From positions 5,088,001 to 5,152,000 of the forward strand of contig OY761556.1 of NCBI GenBank assembly GCA_963664705.1: 64,000 nt of DNA, read 5' to 3'. Within the stretch, counting starts at the first letter, position 1. Every line of letters begins with the position of its first letter. Of this stretch, positions 43,749 to 52,007 are shown in pieces. A model generated the notes under the pieces. It did no database searches. It was not told where the DNA came from and was given only the letters and a program-made list of their open reading frames with translations. Source of the stretch: Acidobacteriota bacterium (lineage in GTDB: Bacteria > Acidobacteriota > UBA6911). Position numbers and translations under genes: made by a program.

Positions 43749-43803
43749 TGCCGGGGATGGGAATTGAACCCACACGACCCTTGCGGGTCCCAGGATTTTA
43801 AGT
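43749..43803 (-). repeat. 3'-half tRNA-Leu(UAA): prophage att junction (copy 5)
   Basis: Minus strand ACT-TAA-AA-TCCTG-G-GACCC-GCAA-GGGTC-GT-GTGGG-TTCAATT-CCCAT-CCCCGGC-A gives anticodon loop, long variable arm, T arm and acceptor 3' strand; about 180 bp from the integrase stop. Confidence 0.92.
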
Positions 43804-43980
43804 ACAATTCATGAATAACAGCCGTTGAGCCGTTTTCACGAATCCTGCAGAGTTTGCAATAACTTGCCACGATTTCTGCCATTTCACCGTTTCGACCTTT
43901 TATACCCGTTTTCACTGGGTATGAGGGCCAAATCGGGGACAAATCACCAGTGATACGAACTTTGATAAAAAGAACTCTGT

Positions 43981-45135
43981 TTAAGCACTTCCCGCCTCGT
44001 CTTTTTTGATCGGGACTACCGTTGCAGGTCCCTTCGTTTTTTCCTGGTAGTCTGCCAGACGCTTCATGCCGTCAGCCAGGTCCTGCGGGGCCACGATCGC
44101 ATACCTGCGATAGATGGCTTCGGTCTTGTGACCGACCAGCTTCATCGCCACAGACCTGGGGACTCCGGCCCGCTCAAACCTGCGAACGGCCGTTCTCCTG
44201 AAATCGTGCGGGATCTTTTTGCCGATCTTCGACTTGTCGATCGCGATTTTCCAGGCTTCCTTTATAGAGAGGATCCTGTGTCCATTCCTATGGAAAACCC
44301 AGGGGATGATGCGATGCTGCTCCCTGCGGATCAGATCCGTCTTCGCCTTCTGGTTCTCGAGCAGCTCCTGGAGCTCCGGAAGCAGGGCGAAGGGCAGCGT
44401 CCGCCCCTCGTCATTCTTTGTTGTCCCGGGATCGAGCCTGACTTCGCCAGCCTTAAAGTCCACCTGGCTCCACTGCAGCGGGAAGACTTCGCTTTTGATC
44501 CTCCACCCGGTTAGGTATGAAAATCGAAGCGCCGGCTGCAGGTCCTCGTGAAAGTGCTTAACGAAGACTTCAAAATCCTCATCCTCGAAAAATCCTTTGC
44601 GGATATTGGCAGTGCTCAATACCGGGAATTTCGGAATTTTCCCAAGAATCGTGCTTGCCAGGTTGAATCCTCGCTTCAGAATCTTCAGTTCATAAATGAT
44701 GGTGGCGTTCGCGTGCTTGTCGATTTCCTTCCGGTAATCCACGTAGGCATCAATCGCACTGAAGTCGATCTCCGCGGGCTTGGTCTCTCCGAAATAGGAG
44801 GACAGGTGCCAGATCGCGGCTTCCGCGCGTTCCGTTGATTTCCGCTCGTTCCGTTTGTAATCGCGGATAACAAGTTTTGTCAGGTCCGAGAACTTCATCC
44901 GTTCCGCCTCGAGGGGAAGGATCTTCCCGGCCGCCGCCAGCTCCAGTTCGCGGTTCAGCATGCGCACCGCTTCCTGGAAGTTTTCGGTCTTGGTCGGTTT
45001 CCTGATCTGACGGTGATGGTAGAACTGAATCCACCAGTGTTTTGATTCTATCCACTTCGCAGGGTCTTTGGGATCACGGCGCTTGCGCTTGTACACGCGG
45101 CCCTCAGTGATCTCATCCATTTTCTTTTTGGCCAT
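43981..45135 (-). CDS. int: Prophage tyrosine integrase
   Basis: TGWR, TTKND, HDFRR, VGHKT...Y catalytic residues; N-terminal arm-binding-like region. Confidence 0.95.
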   Translation of the reverse strand: MAKKKMDEITEGRVYKRKRRDPKDPAKWIESKHWWIQFYHHRQIRKPTKTENFQEAVRMLNRELELAAAGKILPLEAERMKFSDLTKLVIRDYKRNERKSTERAEAAIWHLSSYFGETKPAEIDFSAIDAYVDYRKEIDKHANATIIYELKILKRGFNLASTILGKIPKFPVLSTANIRKGFFEDEDFEVFVKHFHEDLQPALRFSYLTGWRIKSEVFPLQWSQVDFKAGEVRLDPGTTKNDEGRTLPFALLPELQELLENQKAKTDLIRREQHRIIPWVFHRNGHRILSIKEAWKIAIDKSKIGKKIPHDFRRTAVRRFERAGVPRSVAMKLVGHKTEAIYRRYAIVAPQDLADGMKRLADYQEKTKGPATVVPIKKDEAGSA

Positions 45136-45157
45136 TTATTACCTCCTGACCAATACC

Positions 45158-45460
45158 CTAACGCCGTTTGTCCCTGTACGCCAGAGCGCCGCGCTTTGAA
45201 AACCGGAGACGATTGCCGATCCTGCGGGTAAAAGGCAGGTTTTTGGACTTCATGTAGAGCCATTGCTTGCTGATTTTCAGAAGGGCTGCGGTTTCCTCAA
45301 CGTCGAGGATAACATCCTCTTCTTCCGGAACCGGGTCCTGTCTTTCAATGATCAGCCTGGCTGAAAGAGCCGTCTGGAGGCCTGCGAGCTGCGCGATCGC
45401 CGGCGGGATGTCTTCAAAGGCGAATTCACCGGCATCAGGAAGGGTAAGATTGGCTGCCAT
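45158..45460 (-). CDS. Excisionase-like HTH protein
   Basis: LDVEETAALLKISKQWLY...RIGNRLRF; directly upstream of int. Confidence 0.8.
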   Translation of the reverse strand: MAANLTLPDAGEFAFEDIPPAIAQLAGLQTALSARLIIERQDPVPEEEDVILDVEETAALLKISKQWLYMKSKNLPFTRRIGNRLRFSKRGALAYRDKRR

Positions 45461-45665
45461 TTAATACCTCACATCGTGTGTGTAATAGAAACATTTGACC
45501 GAAGCGAGACCAAACTGGCTCTTCTATGTAGGGTTCAACCCCTATGGGCTCGCCGCATATCAAGCATTCCGTATTCTTCGCTTCTTCCAAGTCATAACCA
45601 TATTTCTGGTGATAACTATGTCCTGGCTGAGGATTGCACAGGCCGCAACTGCATCTCTTGGCCAT
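45435..45665 (-). CDS. Phage hypothetical protein (Cys/His-rich)
   Basis: CSCGLC, CLICGEPI...HTRC; RBS GGAGG. Confidence 0.55.
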   Translation of the reverse strand: MAKRCSCGLCNPQPGHSYHQKYGYDLEEAKNTECLICGEPIGVEPYIEEPVWSRFGQMFLLHTRCEVLNGSQSYPS

Positions 45666-45726
45666 TACCAGTCCCCTCCGTCGTTCTCGATTTTTACCAA
45701 AGGATCAACAACAGTGATATTTCCCA

Positions 45727-45960
45727 TCAAAAAACCATCCGAGGATCAAACGCCTTTGTCGCATAAGTCGGCGGCGGAGTTTCCAAAAGCTCCTTTTCGA
45801 ATTCGCTGCAGTCTCCCTTTGCCGGAACAGCCACTCTGACGACGGCCATTTCGAATTCAATCCCCTTTTCAGTCACTCCCCTCCAGATACGCGCTCTAAC
45901 CGGGGTTCCTGCGATGTGTAGATCTACAATGGAACTCGTGTTTTCAATTTGTGCTTTCAC
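45727..45960 (-). CDS. Phage hypothetical protein
   Basis: GTG start with GGAGG RBS; ARIWRGVTEKG. Confidence 0.55.
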   Translation of the reverse strand: MKAQIENTSSIVDLHIAGTPVRARIWRGVTEKGIEFEMAVVRVAVPAKGDCSEFEKELLETPPPTYATKAFDPRMVF

Positions 45961-46222
45961 TGATTCCTCCGGGTTTGATGATTTTTCCAGACTGTAACAA
46001 GGTAAGAATCGAAGACTGGATCTGGGACACGATTGCGATCGACTCGCAGTTGCTGCAGACCAGGCGACCCTGATTGATGAAGTGCTGGGACCAGCTGCAG
46101 CCGCCCGGGCAGGCATTTATTTCCGTGCAGCCGCATATTTCACAGGAAAGGAAAAGGCAGTGGTCAAAATCCTCTTCCAGCGCCTTTAGGATCAGGTCGT
46201 CAAGGTTAATTTGATTGATCAT
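45944..46222 (-). CDS. Phage hypothetical Zn-binding protein
   Basis: CEICGCTEINACPGGCSW...CSNC. Confidence 0.65.
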   Translation of the reverse strand: MINQINLDDLILKALEEDFDHCLFLSCEICGCTEINACPGGCSWSQHFINQGRLVCSNCESIAIVSQIQSSILTLLQSGKIIKPGGISESTN

Positions 46223-46737
46223 GCCCTCACCTCCGGAAACGGTGTCACGTTGCTGTCCGGTGCTGGAGGAAGGGCAAGCCTTCCGGTTTCCATCAGGGCC
46301 TCATAAAACGTCCTACCCGCTTCATCCTGCGCATATGGCAGGAACACCTGATCGGCTTTGACCTGTCCGAGCTGAATAAATGCCATTTGTGCTTGGACCC
46401 ATCGCAATACAAGCCTCCACGCGATTCGCTCAGCTTGCGCCCGCAGTTTTACTGTATCGGGAAAACTCCTCCGATTGCGTTCAAGGAGGATTTTGTAAAC
46501 AGGATCGACCTTTGCCGGCACCTTGTAAATCTGCGTGGCGCCGCGAGTCTCAAGAGAGAATTTGATTCCCTTGATTTTACCGTTGTCGTATTCGGTGAGG
46601 ATTTCGCGGGCTCCGGATTGGACCAAACACGCGTTTATTTCTCCAACTGTCCGCTCTGCCGGTACCTGTGTCGTTTCGAGATAAATCTTGCTTTGTGCTT
46701 TCATCTGAGAACTCTTTTCAATTCTGGGGACGGCCAC
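46219..46737 (-). CDS. Conserved phage hypothetical protein
   Basis: QAERIAWR...W..AQ...VFLPY pattern; overlaps the next gene by ATGA. Confidence 0.65.
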   Translation of the reverse strand: MAVPRIEKSSQMKAQSKIYLETTQVPAERTVGEINACLVQSGAREILTEYDNGKIKGIKFSLETRGATQIYKVPAKVDPVYKILLERNRRSFPDTVKLRAQAERIAWRLVLRWVQAQMAFIQLGQVKADQVFLPYAQDEAGRTFYEALMETGRLALPPAPDSNVTPFPEVRA

Positions 46738-46856
46738 CGCACCATGCGGCCGGCCGGCTTGTCTGTCGTTAATCCGTCAATCTGTCCACTCGTCTCCCCG
46801 CGTTCGTCAGGCGCAGGGCGAATGATGTTGATTGGCCAGGCCGTCCCCATAGTCGC

Positions 46857-48470
46857 TTACATCTTTAAACAGTCAGATTCCTGACAGTCGTCGCAGTTGT
46901 TGTCGCAGACGTCCGTCTCTTCCGTGGCTGGTCTCGTTTTCTTGCCGGCAGATTTTGTCTTGCCTTTGGCGGGTCTTGATTCGGGTTTCGTGGATTTCGT
47001 CTCGGCTTTTTTGAGTTCCTTCTCGATCGCCTTGATATCCACCTTGAATCGCGCGGCATACTCGATCAGCTGTTTCGGCCGTTTCTGATCTCCCCACACA
47101 AAGACGTGGACAAACTGGCTCAGACAGATCTCGAAAACAATGTTTTGCAGCGCGTCCATGGAAAGTTCAGAAAGATGCCTTTTGATCTCTTCATCTTTGA
47201 TGAAGGTAGCATCTGCCGCGATCCACCCATGGCGTATCCCGATGAATAACTGGTCATCGCTGTCGGCCGACTCCGCCACAGTCTGCGCAATCAACAGCCA
47301 GTCCTGTTTGTTGTAGGATGCCTTGGCGGACTTGGATAGGATCCCATCAAAGATCCGGACGCGAATTGACTGCTCCCTCTCCGCGCTTTGCTGCTTTTCC
47401 AAACGCGCCTTTTCATGGTCCACAATGCCCGGTCCGGATGAGTTTTGTTTTTTGTGGACTTTGCAGTCAGGATCCGCGCAGACAGTAACGATACTTCCTT
47501 TGTCTTGTTTTCCTGTTACGACAATCGCTTTCTGCTCGAGGCCGCAGCGGTCGTTCTTCCCCTGTAAAACCGTGTACTTGTCTTTCGCGATCGGGCCGCT
47601 TTTCTTCGTTGACCAGTCAGAGGAAATTTTCAGGAGCTCTTTACCTTGCGTTTCCTGGGCCGCAAGCTTCCAGTCAATGTGCGCCTTCACCTTCTTCTGG
47701 AAGCAGGAGCCATCGGTGCAGGTATCTTCTTTCTGGATGTCAGCAAAGAGCGCAATATTGAATCCGGTACGCTTCGGGCAGTTCACACAAGCGCCGACAT
47801 CCGGAAGCAGATTCTCATCCTTCAGGCTGAACGGAGCGTTCTTCAAATCCAGGTGGACATTGTATTCAATCCACCAGGCCAGCGATTTCACGCTGATCGC
47901 CTGGTCGGAGTTTTTGAATACTTCCTTGAAGGCTTTCTCCTGGTCCCTGGGCTGCAGTCTGGCAATCAGAATCGCGTGTTCGGCCGTAATCCTGTCATCC
48001 AGAAAAGACTGCTGGATGTCATCAACCAGGTCGAGCAGCTTCAGCCGCTTGTAGACGTGACTTTCAGAGCATCCGAGTTTCGCGGCGATCGCCGGCGCCG
48101 TGTTCCCTCTTTCGGCCAGGCGCTGATATCCAATCGCCTGCTCCAGCGGGTGGACGTCCTCGCGCTGCTCGTTCTCCAGGAGCTGGACCTCGAGCACTTG
48201 GTCATCGGTCATCGACCGAACCATGACCGGAACATCCATCAATCCCGCGCGCCTCGAGGCCCGGTACCGGCGCGATCCGGCGACGATCTCCCACATCGCC
48301 CCGCTGTCGCGCAGATCTCCGCCAGTGGGACGCACCAGGAGCGGGATCTGGATTCCGGACTCACGAACACTCTGGGTAAGCTCCTCCAGCTTCTGCTCTT
48401 TGTATCGCTTTCGCGGGTTTGTCGGCGATTCGCGCAGGTCTTCGATGGGCACAGTCCGCAGCTCTATCAC
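46857..48470 (-). CDS. ParB/Spo0J-family protein with central Cys cluster
   Basis: SPTNPRK, PLLVRP, IVAGSRRYRA, ENEQREDVHPLE, HTH, ACVNCPKR...CTDGSC; GTG start overlaps the upstream stop. Confidence 0.85.
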   Translation of the reverse strand: MIELRTVPIEDLRESPTNPRKRYKEQKLEELTQSVRESGIQIPLLVRPTGGDLRDSGAMWEIVAGSRRYRASRRAGLMDVPVMVRSMTDDQVLEVQLLENEQREDVHPLEQAIGYQRLAERGNTAPAIAAKLGCSESHVYKRLKLLDLVDDIQQSFLDDRITAEHAILIARLQPRDQEKAFKEVFKNSDQAISVKSLAWWIEYNVHLDLKNAPFSLKDENLLPDVGACVNCPKRTGFNIALFADIQKEDTCTDGSCFQKKVKAHIDWKLAAQETQGKELLKISSDWSTKKSGPIAKDKYTVLQGKNDRCGLEQKAIVVTGKQDKGSIVTVCADPDCKVHKKQNSSGPGIVDHEKARLEKQQSAEREQSIRVRIFDGILSKSAKASYNKQDWLLIAQTVAESADSDDQLFIGIRHGWIAADATFIKDEEIKRHLSELSMDALQNIVFEICLSQFVHVFVWGDQKRPKQLIEYAARFKVDIKAIEKELKKAETKSTKPESRPAKGKTKSAGKKTRPATEETDVCDNNCDDCQESDCLKM

Positions 48471-49063
48471 AGGTGCCTCCTCTCGATGTGCTTCTGGAGG
48501 TCCTCGTCTTCCGCGAAACGTTTCCCGCATTCTTCGCAATCCCAAACTCCGGATTTGTCTTCGCCCGGATCATCCGTGGTTGTTTTTGGAGCGGAAGTCT
48601 TTTGAGCAGGTTTCGAGGTTACGGGTTTGGCGCCTGGGACGCTCCAAGTGCAGTTACGGCCGGTTCCTGCCAGAACAATGTGTCCAAGCTTTTTTGCTTT
48701 TCTGAAGCTGAAACCGACTGCCCCGACGTTGGATTTCAGATCCGCGGCCGCCTGGGTAAGCGTGCAGTTCGGGTGCGACGTGACGTAGTCGATCGCCTCC
48801 TGAATTTTCGGAGAAATCGCCGCCTTTTTTCTGGGGCCGAGTTTTTTCTTGAGTTTTTTGAAAGCGGGCCTTTCTGATACCGAAGGAACTTTCGATTTCT
48901 CCACGGGTCCCTGGCTATCTACTGTGGGCAGTGCTGGCGGCGAGATAAAGGTGGTTATATCGGTGTCTCCGTTCTGGAGCGCCAGGCTCTCCACTATCTT
49001 GCGCGCAAATCGCAATTCGAATATCCTCTGATCGATTGCCTTGATGGTAGGGGTAAAATCCAT
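48467..49063 (-). CDS. Phage protein with HTH-like region and C-terminal C2H2 zinc finger
   Basis: Start MDFTP (RBS AGGAGG); CEECGKRFAEDEDLQKHIERRH. Confidence 0.7.
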   Translation of the reverse strand: MDFTPTIKAIDQRIFELRFARKIVESLALQNGDTDITTFISPPALPTVDSQGPVEKSKVPSVSERPAFKKLKKKLGPRKKAAISPKIQEAIDYVTSHPNCTLTQAAADLKSNVGAVGFSFRKAKKLGHIVLAGTGRNCTWSVPGAKPVTSKPAQKTSAPKTTTDDPGEDKSGVWDCEECGKRFAEDEDLQKHIERRHL

Positions 49064-49350
49064 TAAGCCTCCTTTATAGTGACGCCTGAAATCCTGGCGT
49101 CCTCCTCTATGATTTCCAAAGTTGCCGCCAGCATGGCGAGCTGCAGCCATTCGTTGCGTTCGTTTTCGATCATGCGGCAGAGAATTTCGACCGGGCTCTG
49201 CCCTGTCCTGGTCCTGTGCTCCCGGATGGCGTCGATCCATCCTTTGACAACAGACAAGTACCCATCCCGGTGCATCTCTTTGAGCGTTGCGCGTGCCTGC
49301 AGCATGTAATGCGTGGCTTTGAGCGTCTTCTGTATCTGGGTGAATTCCAT
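49063..49350 (-). CDS. Phage hypothetical protein
   Basis: 95-aa ORF with TAATG coupling to the next gene. Confidence 0.55.
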   Translation of the reverse strand: MEFTQIQKTLKATHYMLQARATLKEMHRDGYLSVVKGWIDAIREHRTRTGQSPVEILCRMIENERNEWLQLAMLAATLEIIEEDARISGVTIKEA

Positions 49351-49427
49351 GCAAAAGCTCCCGGGACCCGCGCCTATAGGATTTATTAAACCCGCGGGTT
49401 CCTCTTACGAACTCTGTGATACGAATT

Positions 49428-49616
49428 TCAAAGACTCGCTTTCAGGGATTTCAACTTGTCGAGTTTCTTTTCCAGTTCGTAGACAGCGTCCAGCACGATA
49501 TCCGCGCAAATCCTGCCATCCCTGATTTTCTGAAGCAGTTTCGGGTTCGAGATCGCAAGCTCGTTCAGATACACCTGAACTTCATTGATGGATTCGCGGA
49601 TTGATTCGAGTTTCAT
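49428..49616 (-). CDS. Small coiled-coil phage protein
   Basis: MKLESIRE...; ATGA overlap with the upstream gene. Confidence 0.5.
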   Translation of the reverse strand: MKLESIRESINEVQVYLNELAISNPKLLQKIRDGRICADIVLDAVYELEKKLDKLKSLKASL

Positions 49617-49912
49617 AGATGCCCGGTTTTCCTGGCAATCCGATAGCCGACGAAAGACATGATTGCCAAAACGATCACCAGCCCGGCCACGATGTAAGCG
49701 ACGTGACCGCATTTTTGCTCGATGAAAAGCAAAAGACAGAGCACCAGCGTCATAAGAAATAATTCGCCGATGGCCTGAAGGAATCTGGCCATGTGGCTGA
49801 ACAGCCCCGGCCGGCGCCGTACTTCCATCTGCGGAAGCCTGAAATAGCTCGGAGCGTTTGGGGAGTAACGACTGTTCCTTGCCATTGATGCACAAACGCG
49901 GTCATGCAGCAT
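49613..49912 (-). CDS. Phage membrane protein (2 TM)
   Basis: Two hydrophobic segments; lies within the operon. Confidence 0.5.
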   Translation of the reverse strand: MLHDRVCASMARNSRYSPNAPSYFRLPQMEVRRRPGLFSHMARFLQAIGELFLMTLVLCLLLFIEQKCGHVAYIVAGLVIVLAIMSFVGYRIARKTGHL

Positions 49913-50177
49913 GCTGTTCTCCTTTTAAGTAGAGTGCTTCCTGAATCACTGCGTGCATTGCGATGTAATCTTCCCTGAGTTCGGCATCGATGATCCGCCG
50001 CGCAAACTCCCGCGCCTGCGGAATGGTAAGAAGCGGATTCCCGCTGATCAGGCTGGCCGTGTACTCGCCTTCGCGCAGGATGTCCTTGCACAACGGGCAT
50101 TCAGGAGGTTTCATACCGGCCAAATATTGGACGTGACCGCAAACCGTCACTTCGTAAACGCGGACTTCTGTCATCAC
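49902..50177 (-). CDS. Phage hypothetical protein
   Basis: CGH...CPLC; coupled to neighbouring ORFs. Confidence 0.5.
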   Translation of the reverse strand: MMTEVRVYEVTVCGHVQYLAGMKPPECPLCKDILREGEYTASLISGNPLLTIPQAREFARRIIDAELREDYIAMHAVIQEALYLKGEQHAA

Positions 50178-50341
50178 AAAGCTCCCAGAATGGCCCCGGC
50201 AATAAATGCAGCGCCGATGATGAGGTTGAAATATTTGTCCAGGCGCTTCCTGCGGAGCCGGCTGCGCAGGATCCTTACCATCCGTTGCTCAGCGCTTTCC
50301 GATCTGCGTTCGATCCAGAGCTCCAGATTCATGATTGCCTC

Positions 50342-50524
50342 CTATCGGAAACCGGCTCTTTCAGCCAGGTCGAGACGGTTCCGCGTTCTTTCGCTGATCT
50401 TCTTGTGTGGAACCTTCGGTCTGCATTCGGCGTGGACGGCCCGAAACCCGGAGCAGCTGATCTCGGCTCCAATCGCGATCGCCTTTCTGCAGAGAGGACA
50501 CCGGTTACGGAATCGCGCCTTCAT
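50342..50524 (-). CDS. Small Zn-binding phage protein
   Basis: ARFRNRCPLC...HAEC. Confidence 0.5.
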   Translation of the reverse strand: MKARFRNRCPLCRKAIAIGAEISCSGFRAVHAECRPKVPHKKISERTRNRLDLAERAGFR

Positions 50525-50856
50525 GCCGTCCTCCTGCTCTGCTGCAATTCCCGGCCGGCGCGGATCATTCCAAATGCCTTGTCAATCGCCGATTTCGCCG
50601 ACTCGATGCAGCGCGCGACCTCGTCACCGGATTCGTTTGCAAACAGGTGCAAAGGTTTGCGCGATTGATCCTCGATGACCTGGGCTTCTAAAATCTGGCG
50701 CATGATTTCTGAGGCGGTGATTTCGCTGGCAGTCGGATCTTCCATCCGTGCGCAGGCAGTCTTGACGATCGCCTTCTGCTTCACCCAGGCCACGCAGTGG
50801 TCCGGTGCCCGGAAGGCCATCGTCTCGGTTCCCTTTTCTTCGTGTCTACGCGTCAT
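50521..50856 (-). CDS. Phage hypothetical protein (possible DNA-binding)
   Basis: RBS GGAGG; first gene after the Cro-like ORF. Confidence 0.5.
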   Translation of the reverse strand: MTRRHEEKGTETMAFRAPDHCVAWVKQKAIVKTACARMEDPTASEITASEIMRQILEAQVIEDQSRKPLHLFANESGDEVARCIESAKSAIDKAFGMIRAGRELQQSRRTA

Positions 50857-50895
50857 AGTTGCTTTCCTCCAATGGAGGGGTGAGGGTTTTAAGCG

Positions 50896-51093
50896 CTATG
50901 CTGCTGTGTTGTCGATTGGGAAAAGATCTTCTGGCCGTACATTCAGTGCTCTTGCCAGTCGGGCGACGATTTCCCAGCGAGGTCTTTTTATGTCCTCGTT
51001 TTCGATCCGACTGATTGTTGTTTGTTCGACGCCGCTTCTCTCGGCCAGTTGTTCTTGCGTCATTCCGTGCTGTTTTCTAATTTCCTTGAGCAT
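50896..51093 (-). CDS. Cro-like XRE HTH regulator
   Basis: LKEIRKQHGMTQEQLAERSGVEQTTISRIEN. Confidence 0.9.
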   Translation of the reverse strand: MLKEIRKQHGMTQEQLAERSGVEQTTISRIENEDIKRPRWEIVARLARALNVRPEDLFPIDNTAA

Positions 51094-51099
51094 GGCGTA

Positions 51100-51157
51100 A
51101 TTATGCATATACGCGTATACGCTGTCAATATAATAAATGCATAAACGCGTATGCGCT
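51100..51157 (-). promoter_or_regulatory. Leftward promoter with two operator-like repeats
   Basis: Minus-strand TTGACA(51128-51123)-N17-CATAAT(51105-51100); 21-bp repeats at 51103-51123 and 51137-51157 (19/21 identical) centred on ACGCGT. Confidence 0.75.
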
Positions 51158-51234
51158 TATACATTGCGCTTGATGTCTTTTAGATGCATATGTTTGCAGT
51201 TAACAATATTTTTTCACTATGGCATTCTTCGAGC

Positions 51235-51696
51235 ATGGAACATCCGGGAGAAGTGACAAAGTTGTGGAGAGAACGCAAAAAATGGAGCATTCAAAAGCTC
51301 GCGTCACATTCCAAGATAGATAAAGGAACCATCAGCAGATTTGAAAATGGCGGAGATTACAGACAGCGAGTGTTGAGGGAAATTTGCAGAGCTCTTCACC
51401 GTGAAATTCGAGAAGTGTATTTAATCCTGTCAGAAGGTGCCGAGCCCTCTAATGAAGCGGACCCGGCCGGAGTTCTGTGTTCAGATAACAAGCATAGGAA
51501 ATTGCAGGAAATGCTTGGTCAGATACTCGAAAGCAAAACGGAATGGGCAAGACTGATTAGTGGAAATGTCATCAGTCTTCACAGCAGTTGCTTCAATGTA
51601 AAACCCGACCTCTCTTTAGTGGTGGGTGGCGAACCTCAGAATCTTTCCGGGTCCTCGAAGCCCGGCATTGTTGTCCTTCCGGACACCAAGAAATAG
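51235..51696 (+). CDS. CI-like repressor (XRE HTH, no evident S24 peptidase)
   Basis: WRERKKWSIQKLASHSKIDKGTISRFENG; divergent from the Cro-like gene. Confidence 0.75.
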   Translation: MEHPGEVTKLWRERKKWSIQKLASHSKIDKGTISRFENGGDYRQRVLREICRALHREIREVYLILSEGAEPSNEADPAGVLCSDNKHRKLQEMLGQILESKTEWARLISGNVISLHSSCFNVKPDLSLVVGGEPQNLSGSSKPGIVVLPDTKK

Positions 51697-52007
51697 CCCT
51701 CCCGGGTGAGGCACAACATTTTTTTCTGACTGCAGATAGTACGTATTGCATAAAGGACAGAATCTGACTCCTTTGCGGACGTATAGCAGCGCCTGCTTAT
51801 CACAGGTTGGAATGCAGTGCATAAGCGGTCTCCATGAGCAGGATTTGGCCGAGCGAGGGGAACGCTCCTGTCTTTCAAGAACGCAATTTGCCCAAAATCG
51901 TCTACCGCACATTAGGATTTTCTAAAATATTTTCATTTTTCCAGTAGGCGATCAGACTTATTTTGCGTTCTTGGGTAATAAAGCAACCTTTTACCCAGGA
52001 GACTATA

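Noticed and set aside
17304-43803. Functional tRNA genes or a CRISPR array at the five repeats
   Set aside because: Each copy lacks the 5' acceptor strand and D arm, and the spacing is kilobases with genes in between; no cas genes
17304-43803. Classical integron
   Set aside because: No IntI-type integrase or attC hairpins seen; segments are multi-gene with their own regulators and bounded by tRNA-derived sites
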